From positions 460,645 to 515,267 of the forward strand of contig NW_005434633.1 in NCBI RefSeq assembly GCF_000315625.1: 54,623 bases of DNA, given 5' to 3'. The position numbers were made by a program, and so were the translations under genes. Source of the stretch: Guillardia theta CCMP2712. Lineage: Eukaryota; Protista; Cryptophyta. Position 1 is the stretch's first letter. Every line of letters starts with the position of its first letter. Of the stretch, positions 1-12,912 are shown in pieces. The notes below the pieces were generated by a model. It worked only from the letters and a program-made list of their open reading frames with translations, had not been told where the DNA came from and did no database searches.

Positions 1-159
1 GTGGGAGGAGGGAGGAGGGAGGAGGGAGGAGGGAGGAGGGAGGAGGGAGGAGAGAGGGAGGAGGGAAGAGGGAGGAGGGAGGAGAGAGCAGGGAGAGAAT
101 GGAGAGAGGGGGGAGGCAGCGAGAGAGAATGTGGGGAAGATGAAAGGCAGGAAACCTTT

Positions 160-3157
<2,998 letters not shown>

Positions 3158-3598
3158 CGTTAGATGCAGCAAACGGGAAGAACCTCAGGATGATCTTGAA
3201 AGATTGAAATATCTACCTCTCCTCTCCTCTCCTCTCCTCTCCTCTCCTCCTCTCCTCCTCTCCTCCTCTCCTCCTCTCCTCTCCTCTCGCCAGTCCTTGC
3301 GGCATTGACCCTGAGCAGGCCGGGTGTCTGCCCGCCTTCAGTGACTCAGGCTCGGAGCGCCGGGCCCGGGCCTGTTCCCTAATAATAAACCCTCTTGGGA
3401 TAAGGCACGGGGAATACCCAGATAAGACCGCTTCAAATTAGTGCTGACAGTCTAATAGTTGCGATCACGGCCTAATTAACCGTGACTATCAAGGTGAGAT
3501 ACGAAACTGCATCTTTTCAAAAGAGTAGTTTTGGTCCCCCCACCCGCCGCCTTTCATTTTAGTCCTCTCCCCCGTCGCCACTTCTCTATTCCTCGCGC

Positions 3599-4144
3599 AT
3601 GTCGACTGACACCAGACCTCGCGCCCACATCACTGACCGCATCGCTTGCGAGATCTACCTCTTCCGCCTCTCCCAGCCCCCCGACCAGCTCTGGCTCCCT
3701 ACCCCCGCCAGCGTCGCGCTCGGCAGGAGGTACGGCATCACGCCCAAGGCCGTGCGAGACATCTGGAACAGGCGGACCTGGGCGCGTGCGACGTGTCACC
3801 TTTGGAAAGACAAGGCAGGACAGACCATGCCCCTGAAACAAGAGAGACAGGAGGGCGCCGGATCAGATCGGATGCTCAACGAGGAGGAGGAGGTCGTATC
3901 AACACTGAAACCTGAGCTGCGTACGGAAGAACAAATTCCATCTCCGTTGTGGAGTCCTGCAAACGTTCAAGCAACGGATGATATTGGAAACGAAGCAAGC
4001 ATCGTCGAGTTTCAAAGCAACAACGAGGCTACAGGCCTTTTGGACAGAACGGCAGACACGCACTGCGAGGGATGGCTGGTATGTCCTGCACGCATACTAC
4101 TCTTCATGTCCGCGCAAGAGACGTCCGAGGACGATATCTGGTGA
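3599..4144 (+). CDS. Small HTH-domain family protein, copy 1
   Basis: PRAHITDRIACEIYLFR...ASVALGRRYGITPKAVRDIWNRRTW core plus C-terminal EGWLVCPARILLF motif. Confidence 0.8.
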   Translation: MSTDTRPRAHITDRIACEIYLFRLSQPPDQLWLPTPASVALGRRYGITPKAVRDIWNRRTWARATCHLWKDKAGQTMPLKQERQEGAGSDRMLNEEEEVVSTLKPELRTEEQIPSPLWSPANVQATDDIGNEASIVEFQSNNEATGLLDRTADTHCEGWLVCPARILLFMSAQETSEDDIW

Positions 4145-4850
4145 CGCATTTGATGCGCTACAAGACGAGGATGTGCTGGATAGATCAATGATTGAGCAAG
4201 TATGATTAAGATCTTATCGTTTAATACTCTGAACCCTTTGCACCATCGGCGCTTGCATGCAAGCGCGCTGGAGCACAAGGGAGTTTAACGCCCCTGCTGG
4301 ATCTCAACGACCATGTCAGGATCGTCAGCAGTCCTTGAGATTGTGTTCTTGCTCTATTCTTCTATTGTCTGCCAGGAGACTGTATTTGAGTTGTTTTGTC
4401 GGATTTCAAAAAAATTCATTCAACTTGAGTGTGCTCCAGCGGTCACTCCTTGAGCACTCGTATAGTATCCCTGAGGATTCCGCCACCACGGATACCCAAG
4501 GCTTACGCGCATGCTCTGTTTCATTGCATGCATCATCAGTAGTGCAGTGGCGGGGCTTCTTTGCTTGGTCCACATGCATGCTCAGCAAGTGCGTAGTTAA
4601 CCTAAACACTTCTATCTCTTGATCTTCTCGTCCTTATTTCACCTGTAGTGTCTATGGTGCTTCACACTTAAGGATGTCAGAAGGAGTATTGTTTTACATG
4701 ATGTGTTTCCAAGCATTTATTGGCGCATATTGAAAAATATAGCTCACAACTCCCAGTCTCTTTCCTTTGCTCCTCCTTTCTGTTCCTACCCTCTTTCCAT
4801 CCATATCACCGCTGCTCACCGCTCAGTGGAGTGCAGCGAACTTCGTATAC

Positions 4851-4927
4851 AGAGGCAGAGGCAGAGGCAGAGGCAGAGGCAGAGGCAGAGGCAGAGGCAG
4901 AGGCAGAGGCAGAGGCAGAGGCAGAGG
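4851..4927. repeat. (GCAGAG)n microsatellite
   Basis: Directly visible. Confidence 0.95.
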
Positions 4928-5991
4928 AGGCAAAGGAAGACAGATAATTTCTCCGATGTAGAAGGAGCGGCTTTAGTACGCACTGCGGCAGGCAGGTTGT
5001 AAAGATGGCAATAAGTTGAGATTTGGAAACATGTAGTTTCATTCCATATCTCCGCTACCAGACAGAATGAAACGCTGAGAGTTGGAGCTTGTTCTAGAAG
5101 CATAGGTGGTGTCCGTGTTGATGATGACTCAAAAGAAACTTTTTTTTTCTCCTTCCTGAATTGCCCTCTTCATATATATACGTTGAAAATCCTAGACGAA
5201 GATAGAGCAGAGAGGAGGGAGAAAGGAGGGAGGGAGGGAGGAGAAAGGAGGAATTGAGGAAGGGAGGAGGGGGGAGGGAGGAGGGAGAAGGGAGGAGGGA
5301 GAAGGAAGGAAGGAGGGAGGGAGGAGGGAGGAGGGAGGAGGGAGGAGGGAGGAAAACACCCAGGGTCATAATGGGTAATTGCTTCATTCGATGTCCTTTC
5401 CCATCTCGTTTTCGACTCCGAGGAGTATCCGAAGTCAGATCAGAGTCTTTGTTGTGTGCTCCTGCTCTGACCAGAAAGACGTGGGGGGCGTGGGGAGGAT
5501 GGAATTCTTGCGGCTGCTGAACCATGATAAAGGGGTCTGATGCGTGCTTCGCAAGTAGCAGCAGGTGCAGGGCAGAAGCCGAGCGAGCCTCGTCGAGCTA
5601 AAGGCAGGCAGTCTTGATCAATCTGCTCTCCGAATGTTGCAATTCATGAAAGTAATCAAAGTCAGGATAAAGGCCGCAGTGAGTTCAGGAAGCGGGAGAG
5701 GTTTACAATACCTCCAGAAACTTTATGTAATACTCTAATAAAGATGCTTACAACGATTTGACTCCGTGTAATGCTCTTCTTCTAAGCCGATATGAGAATA
5801 CCTTCGGTGGATTGAGTAGAGTATTGCCTTGATCCATCGAAGCATACGAACAATCGTGAATCATCGGAAAGCGCTATGTCTTCAAGCATGCAAAAAAGCT
5901 GTAAATGACTAGAAGTATATCATACAACACTCAGACAGACAAAGCCTCCCCTCTCTGCCTTCTGATCCTACATATCTTGAATGTGATAATC

Positions 5992-6462
5992 TCATCCTTG
6001 ATGGTCTCCTCGTTCCTCCGGCTCCTCTTCCCCCCCGCTCGTCGAGATGAAGAGCTTGATCCGCTCCGGGCACACCAGCCACCCCTCCCCCGTGTGAGTA
6101 GCCGACGACCCCCCGCTGCTCCTCCCCTCCTCCCCTGACCCCTGCCATGACCCGCCATCATCCCCCGCGTCAGCCCGCGCGGACTGCGAGGACGACGAGC
6201 TGGCGGGCGCAGGCTCGGGCCCTTGCTGGCGGGCGGGGGCAGGGGCGTCGGCGGGAGGGAGCCAGAGGTGGCGGGTCGCGTGCGCCCAGGTCCGCCTGTT
6301 CCAGATGTCTCGCACGGCCTTGGGCGTGATGCCGTACCTCCTGCCGAGCGCGACGCTGGCGGGGGTAGGGAGCCAGAGCTGGTCGGGGGGCTGGGAGAGG
6401 CGGAAGAGGTAGATCTCGCAGGCGATGCGGTCGGAGATGTGGGCGCGAGGTCTAGAAGGCAT
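5992..6462 (-). CDS. Small HTH-domain family protein, copy 2 (type A')
   Basis: ATG at 6462 (MPSRPRAHISD); same core; EGWLVCPERIKLF motif. Confidence 0.8.
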   Translation of the reverse strand: MPSRPRAHISDRIACEIYLFRLSQPPDQLWLPTPASVALGRRYGITPKAVRDIWNRRTWAHATRHLWLPPADAPAPARQQGPEPAPASSSSSQSARADAGDDGGSWQGSGEEGRSSGGSSATHTGEGWLVCPERIKLFISTSGGEEEPEERGDHQG

Positions 6463-6984
6463 GGATGAGATGAGGGCGGTCTGAGACCAATCTGAAAATT
6501 GCAAGGACGCCGATGGGAGATGCAGAGACAAGACAGACTAGATAGATGAGAGGGGCGCTGGAGAGATGAGGCAGGAAAGAAGACGAGTCGAGGACTTTTG
6601 CACAGGAAAGGTGTGAGAGAGGAAGGAACAGCTGGAGGGGAGCAAGTTCAAGGTGGAGGTCAGGAGATGTCGCAGAGAGGAGGGAGTGAAGTTGAAGGAG
6701 GTGAAGTTTCTTGAGCACAAGATATTGGGGCGGAAGCACTGACCATGCAGGTCATGGGACCGGCATGTCCCGCCGTGACCTTCATTCGAAATGGAGTATT
6801 TTCGATATCGCTTCAAGAATTAGAGCCGTGCCCCTCCGCACGGATGTGTGGATGCCCCAAAAGAGTCGCATGCTGATCGGAGAAGTTGACGAAGAGACTC
6901 GCTTTCCTATCTCACCACCCGGTACTCCGACTAAAAAAAAATTAACAGGCAAAAGTCCGTCGGGCATATCCTGTTCAAGCATTC

Positions 6985-7164
6985 ATGCTGCCGCTGTCCT
7001 GCTCCTCCAAGCACCGGCCCCAGTCACCCAATCCCTCCTCAGCCCCTTCCGCTGGGCCTCAGATGACGACAGAGCAGCAGCTGGAGTGTCTGTCGGCCTC
7101 TATAGAACGAATAAGGCAGCATGCGGTAATCGTTGACTCGCTTGGCCAAGAAACAAGACTGTAG
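6985..7164 (+). CDS. 59-aa microprotein, family member 1, divergent from HTH copy 2
   Basis: Hand translation: MLPLSCSSKHRPQSPNPSSAPSAGPQMTTEQQLECLSASIERIRQHAVIVDSLGQETRL*. C-terminal half aligns without gaps to 13295-13474 and 46683-46892. Confidence 0.65.
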   Translation: MLPLSCSSKHRPQSPNPSSAPSAGPQMTTEQQLECLSASIERIRQHAVIVDSLGQETRL

Positions 7165-7662
7165 GGCAGTAGACATCGGAACCATACATGACTAGCAGAA
7201 GAGTTTACAACTTCGAGAAATGAGCATAGAGAACGAGCACGCTATAGAGAACCTCGGCATATCACTGGCAGGAGTCGGCAAACGAAGGAGTCAGGTTTTC
7301 CCCTCACGGGAGAAAGGTCATCAAGCAGCTCATAGAACAAACCTCATACTGGTAAAGGATAATCGTTGGTCTATCATGAAGCGGAAGGCTCAAGCGTGCC
7401 AACACGTTGAGAATGATGTATGCCAACGGAGAGTGATATAGGCTGAGAGGTCGTGTATTGGACAATAAAATTATCAACCATGGAATACACCATCCATCCT
7501 TCTACTGAAACTATTTGAGATGTAGGAAAGACAATGAAAAATGTTTCAAATCATATCTGCTGCATCCAATCATATAGAGATTGGATGATTCTTACTCCAA
7601 CTGACAACCAACACCATCTTCTGCCAGCATGAAAGATGCAGCCTGATACCTCCGTTCGCCGA

Positions 7663-8202
7663 TCAATTCACCTCCGCCTCGTGTACCAAGTCCTGATACT
7701 CGTCGTACCCCACGTCAATAAATTCGATCCCGGGATACTTCTCGTCTTCTCGGTCCTCCGGCTCCTCTTCCCCCCCGCTCGTCGAGATGAAGAGCTTGAT
7801 CCGCTCCGGGCACACCAGCCACCCCTCCCCCGTGTGAGTAGCAGACGACCCCCCGCTGCTCCTCCCCTCCTCCCCTGACCCCTGCCATGACCCGCCATCA
7901 TCCCCCGCGTCAGCCCGCGCGGACTGCGAGGACGACGAGCTGGCGGGCGCAGGCTCGGGCCCTTGCTGGCGGGCGGGGGCAGGGGCGTCGGCGGGAGGGA
8001 GCCAGAGGTGGCGGGTCGCGTGCGCCCAGGTCCGCCTGTTCCAGATGTCTCGCACAGCCTTGGGCGTGATGCCGTATCTCCTGCCGAGCGCGACGCTGGC
8101 GGGGGTAGGGAGCCAGAGCTGGTCGGGGGGCTGGGAGAGGCGGAAGAGGTAGATCTCGCAGGCGATGCGGTCAGTGATGTGGGCGCGAGGGCTAGAAGGC
8201 AT
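7663..8202 (-). CDS. Small HTH-domain family protein, copy 3 (type A)
   Basis: 179-aa ORF with the HTH core and EGWLVCPERIKLF. Confidence 0.8.
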   Translation of the reverse strand: MPSSPRAHITDRIACEIYLFRLSQPPDQLWLPTPASVALGRRYGITPKAVRDIWNRRTWAHATRHLWLPPADAPAPARQQGPEPAPASSSSSQSARADAGDDGGSWQGSGEEGRSSGGSSATHTGEGWLVCPERIKLFISTSGGEEEPEDREDEKYPGIEFIDVGYDEYQDLVHEAEVN

Positions 8203-8656
8203 GGAGGAGCTTGTTGCGACTCACTAGGATGGTGTTTGTATCCTCAACATGGTGTACAGGTGATCTGAATGTGAAATGGCTTCTAGGGCGAGATGATGGA
8301 ATGATGCAAGGCGAGGAAAGTGGGATGGGATGAAGAATCTGCGAGGGAGTTCGGCAGGGGCTTCCGTGACGGTCGCACAAAAAAGACACCGTTTAGAGAG
8401 TTGGCTATAACATATCTTTATAGAATATTTACTACCAGGAACTTGACTCCGAAGATGTGTGACTACGACATGTGTTGCGCACGGACTCATTACGCGTATT
8501 CAAACCGCAATGAGCGTCACGCCCCCGTGACGCAATAAAACTATTTTTGTCAGCTCACGACTGGCTGGTTAACTCGCGTCGATTCAATTGGGAGTCGGCA
8601 ATAAGATCTCTTCGGAGTAGCTCTCATCGGCTGAGGCGGGTTTGTCTGGTATACAA

Positions 8657-9097
8657 ATGGAGGAGCGTTCCTGCAAGGACATCACGTCCGCCCAATCGCC
8701 TGAACCGCAGGATAGGAGGCCCTTGCATGCTGGTCAGCCTCGTCCTCGCAAGCCTAGGGTGCAGATGCCATTTGCTCACATCAATGCGTTACGGAGACAG
8801 CGTGTGTTGTGCAGAAGAAGATTGAAGGTTTCAAATATGTTGGTGTTGTATACGATGATTCTCTCGCGAAAATCTCCCCAATTCATTGTGGCTCACTTGA
8901 CCTTCAACAGATTCTACCTCGAAGTGTTGGATAAGATTATGGCTCAACGTATCAAGGATGCCAAACGTCCCCGGAAGCAAGGAACAGGATATTCTCGTGA
9001 GCCTCCTTCTCATACAGCAACCATTTCACATGCAGACCGCAAACTATTGTTCAGGATTGAAAATCATGAAATCAGGAGACTCATGTGTGCGTTCTGA
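8657..9097 (+). CDS. Small basic hypothetical protein divergent from HTH copy 3 (possible intron ~8828-8910)
   Basis: ORF begins MEERSCKDITSAQSPEP; duplicated at 11457. N-terminus weakly resembles microprotein 1. Confidence 0.45.
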   Translation: MEERSCKDITSAQSPEPQDRRPLHAGQPRPRKPRVQMPFAHINALRRQRVLCRRRLKVSNMLVLYTMILSRKSPQFIVAHLTFNRFYLEVLDKIMAQRIKDAKRPRKQGTGYSREPPSHTATISHADRKLLFRIENHEIRRLMCAF

Positions 9098-9560
9098 TTG
9101 ATGACTGACGATATACCGCACAGCAAAGATTCTGATTCCTCCCTGATTGAGACATTTCCGGGGTGAGGCGTCAGGACGGCGAGGGGTGAGTCAAGCAGGG
9201 CAGAGAAGGATAGGTTTTATCATTCTCTCGCTTCTGCAACTTCTGACTGCATCTCAACATCCTCCTGGTAAACATGCTGCGTATTGCAGACTCGTGTGGT
9301 CTCCTTGGCCGCTGCTGCTGCAGACCAGTAATCCACTCCTCCAACAGCACTCGCCGAGCCCACTCAACCATCCGTCGCACCGAGCAATAGCTGTACAGCG
9401 TTGATCTACACTCTGACCTCGGCCGAGCGTAACAAGCTGACATCATAGATGCCCAATCTTGAGGCTGGCACGCACTTTCCCAAGTCAATCCCTCGCATTC
9501 CGCGAAAGCCCGTACCCGCCAGGTATTCTCTGTAGATCGAAGCGACCTATCGTCGGTGTC

Positions 9561-10112
9561 CTACGCCTCCTTGCCTGTCCTCCTGCCTGTGCTGATGCCA
9601 TTGTCTTTCCCACAATCTGAGGTGAACAGCGAGATGCGCTCGGGGCAGAGCAGCCAGCCCTCGGCTGAGTGAGTAGCAGTTGACGAGCTGACGGGCTTCA
9701 GCTCAGTCCCCATGCTCGCCGCTGACGCATCTCCTGTCACAGCTCGCCCTGCTGCTGGCTGTGCTGGCTGGGAGTGCTTGTCGTCATCGTACATGGGAGT
9801 GCTGTGGTCGTCCTCGGGCAGCTCCTGCTGACCCTCAACGTTTTCTTCGCTTTCATCCATCTGCTCCGCCCCGACCATCTGGCCATGTGCCGTCCTATCC
9901 TCCTCCTCCCAGAGGTGGCGGGTCGCGTGCGCCCAGGTCCGCCTGTTCCAGATGTCTCGCACGGCCTTGGGCGTGATGCCGTACCTCCTGCCGAGCGCGA
10001 CGCTGGCGGGGGTAGGGAGCCAGAGCTGGCCGGGGGGCTGGGAGAGGCGGAAGAGGTAGATCTCGCAGGCGATGCGGTCAGTGATGTGGGCGCGAGGTCT
10101 TGGGGTAGCCAT
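9561..10112 (-). CDS. Small HTH-domain family protein, copy 4 (type B); upstream region replaced by the duplication junction
   Basis: MATPRPRAHITD, HTH core, EGWLLCPERISLF. Confidence 0.75.
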   Translation of the reverse strand: MATPRPRAHITDRIACEIYLFRLSQPPGQLWLPTPASVALGRRYGITPKAVRDIWNRRTWAHATRHLWEEEDRTAHGQMVGAEQMDESEENVEGQQELPEDDHSTPMYDDDKHSQPAQPAAGRAVTGDASAASMGTELKPVSSSTATHSAEGWLLCPERISLFTSDCGKDNGISTGRRTGKEA

Positions 10113-10605
10113 GGGCCAACGAGGAGCGCAAGGTACTGGAGGTGGTGTAGGACTTGCAGGAGTCGGCAAACGAAGGAGTCAGGTTTTCCCCTCCTGGTCA
10201 GAGAGGTCTTCAAGCAGCTCACAGAACAACCTCATACTGGTAAAGGATAATCGTTGGTCTATCATGAAGCGGAAGGCTCAAGCGTGCCAACACGTTGAGA
10301 ATGATGTATGCCAACGGAGAGTCGTGTATTGGACAATAAAATTATCAACCATGGAATACGAAGCAAGCAATTGTTATGTAGTGCAGGAAGCCATACATCA
10401 ACTTGAAAACTCGTCTCGTCTGCACGCTAGCACCATCCATCCTTCTACTGAAACGACTTGAGATGTAGGAAAGACAATAAAAAATGTTTCAAATCATATC
10501 TGCTGCATCCAATCATATAGAGATTGGATGATTCTTACTCCAACTGACAACCAACACCATCTTCTGCCAGCATGAAAGATGCAGCCTGATACCTCCGTTC
10601 GCCGA

Positions 10606-11145
10606 TCAATTCACCTCCTCCTCGTGTACCAAGTCCTGATACTCGTCGTACCCCACGTCAATAAATTCGATCCCGGGATACTTCTCGTCTTCTCGGTCCT
10701 CCGGCTCCTCCTCCCCCCCGCTCGTCGAGATGAAGAGCTTGATCCGCTCCGGGCACACCAGCCACCCCTCCCCCGTGTGAGTAGCCGACGACCCCCCGCT
10801 GCTCCTCCCCTCCTCCCCTGACCCCTGCCATGACCCGCCATCATCCCCCGCGTCAGCCCGCGCGGACTGCGAGGACGACGAGCTGGCGGGCGCAGGCTCG
10901 GGCCCTTGCTGGCGGGCGGGGGCAGGGGCGTCGGCGGGAGGGAGCCAGAGGTGGCGGGTCGCGTGCGCCCAGGTCCGCCTGTTCCAGATGTCTCGCACGG
11001 CCTTGGGTGTGATGCCGTATCTCCTGCCGAGCGCGACGCTGGCGGGGGTAGGGAGCCAGAGCTGGTCGGGGGGCTGGGAGAGGCGGAAGAGGTAGATCTC
11101 GCAAGCGATGCGGTCGGAGATGTGGGCGCGAGGGCTAGAAGGCAT
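10606..11145 (-). CDS. Small HTH-domain family protein, copy 5 (type A)
   Basis: Duplicate of 7663-8202. Confidence 0.8.
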   Translation of the reverse strand: MPSSPRAHISDRIACEIYLFRLSQPPDQLWLPTPASVALGRRYGITPKAVRDIWNRRTWAHATRHLWLPPADAPAPARQQGPEPAPASSSSSQSARADAGDDGGSWQGSGEEGRSSGGSSATHTGEGWLVCPERIKLFISTSGGEEEPEDREDEKYPGIEFIDVGYDEYQDLVHEEEVN

Positions 11146-11456
11146 GGAGGAGCTTGTTGCGACTCACTAGGATGGTCTTTGTATCCTCAATATGGTGTAC
11201 AGGTGATCTGAATGTGAAATGGCTTCTAGGGCGAGATGATGGAATGATGCAAGGCGAGGAAAGTGGGATGGGATGAAGAATCTGCGAGGGAGTTCGGCAG
11301 GTGCTACGTATCAGCGTCACGCTCCCGTGACGCAATAAAACTATTTTTGTCAGCTCACGACTGGCTGGTTAACTCGCGTCGATTCAATTGGGAGTCGGCA
11401 ATAAGATCTCTTCGGAGTAGCTCTCATCGGCTGAGGCGGGTTTGTCTGGTATACAA

Positions 11457-11897
11457 ATGGAGGAGCGTTCCTGCAAGGACATCACGTCCGCCCAATCGCC
11501 TGAACCGCAGGATAGGAGGCCCTTGCATGCTGGTCAGCCTCGTCCTCGCAAGCCTAGGGTGCAGATGCCATTTGCTCACATCAATGCGTTACGGAGACAG
11601 CGTGTGTTGTGCAGAAGAAGATTGAAGGTTTCAAATATGTTGGTGTTGTATACGATGATTCTCTCGCGAAAATCTCCCCAATTCATTGTGGCTCACTTGA
11701 CCTTCAACAGATTCTACCTCGAAGTGTTGGATAAGATTATGGCTCAACGTATCAAGGATGCCAAACGTCCCCGGAAGCAAGGAACAGGATATTCTCGTGA
11801 GCCTCCTTCTCATACAGCAACCATTTCACATGCAGACCGCAAACTATTGTTCAGGATTGAAAATCATGAAATCAGGAGACTCATGTGTGCGTTCTGA
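11457..11897 (+). CDS. Duplicate of the small hypothetical protein at 8657
   Basis: Identical translation in the ORF track. Confidence 0.45.
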   Translation: MEERSCKDITSAQSPEPQDRRPLHAGQPRPRKPRVQMPFAHINALRRQRVLCRRRLKVSNMLVLYTMILSRKSPQFIVAHLTFNRFYLEVLDKIMAQRIKDAKRPRKQGTGYSREPPSHTATISHADRKLLFRIENHEIRRLMCAF

Positions 11898-12360
11898 TTG
11901 ATGACTGACGATATACCGCACAGCAAAGATTCTGATTCCTCCCTGATTGAGACATTTCCGGGGTGAGGCGTCAGGACGGCGAGGGGTGAGTCAAGCAGGG
12001 CAGAGAAGGATAGGTTTTATCATTCTCTCGCTTCTGCAACTTCTGACTGCATCTCAACATCCTCCTGGTAAACATGCTGCGTATTGCAGACTCGTGTGGT
12101 CTCCTTGGCCGCTGCTGCTGCAGACCAGTAATCCACTCCTCCAACAGCACTCGCCGAGCCCACTCAACCATCCGTCGCACCGAGCAGTAGCTGTACAGCG
12201 TTGATCTACACTCTGACCTCGGCCGAGCGTAACAAGCTGACATCATAGATGCCCAATCTTGAGGCTGGCACGCACTTTCCCAAGTCAATCCCTCGCATTC
12301 CGCGAAAGCCCGTACCCGCCAGGTATTCTCTGTAGATCGAAGCGACCTATCGTCGGTGTC

Positions 12361-12912
12361 CTACGCCTCCTTGCCTGTCCTCCTGCCTGTGCTGATGTCA
12401 TTGTCTTTCCCGCAAACTGAGGTGAACAGCGAGATGCGCTCGGGGCAGAGCAGCCAGCCCTCGGCTGAGTGAGTAGCAGTTGACGAGCTGACGGGCTTCA
12501 GCTCAGTCCCCATGCTCGCCACTGACGCATCTCCTGTTACAGCTCGCCCTGCTGCTGGCTGTGCAGGCTGGGAGTGCTTGTCGTCATCGTACGCGGGAGT
12601 GCTGTGGTCGTCCTCGGGCAGCTCCTGCTGACCCTCAACGTTTTCTTCGCTTTCATCCATCTGCTCCGCCCCGACCATCTGGCCATGTGCCGTCCTATCC
12701 TCCTCCTCCCAGAGGTGGCGGGTCGCGTGCGCCCAGGTCCGCCTGTTCCAGATGTCTCGCACGGCCTTGGGCGTGATGCCGTACCTCCTGCCGAGCGCGA
12801 CGCTGGCGGGGGTAGGGAGCCAGAGCTGGCCGGGGGGCTGGGAGAGGCGGAAGAGGTAGATCTCGCAGGCGATGCGGTCAGTGATGTGGGCGCGAGGTCT
12901 TGGGGTAGCCAT
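12361..12912 (-). CDS. Small HTH-domain family protein, copy 6 (type B)
   Basis: Duplicate of 9561-10112 that retains its own upstream region. Confidence 0.8.
   Translation of the reverse strand: MATPRPRAHITDRIACEIYLFRLSQPPGQLWLPTPASVALGRRYGITPKAVRDIWNRRTWAHATRHLWEEEDRTAHGQMVGAEQMDESEENVEGQQELPEDDHSTPAYDDDKHSQPAQPAAGRAVTGDASVASMGTELKPVSSSTATHSAEGWLLCPERISLFTSVCGKDNDISTGRRTGKEA

Larger units (their letters stand above)
7264..10151. repeat. Tandem segmental duplication, unit 1 (~2.9 kb)
   Basis: Near-identical to 10152-12951. Offset changes 2888 -> 2943 -> 2800 because of internal indels. Confidence 0.95.

Noticed and set aside
4257-5900. Possible minus-strand gene between HTH copies 1 and 2
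   Set aside because: Only short stop-interrupted fragments; no coherent model or recognisable family.
9147-9488. ORFs downstream of the type B HTH genes (also 11947-12288)
   Set aside because: Their conservation is explained by the recent duplication; no independent coding evidence.
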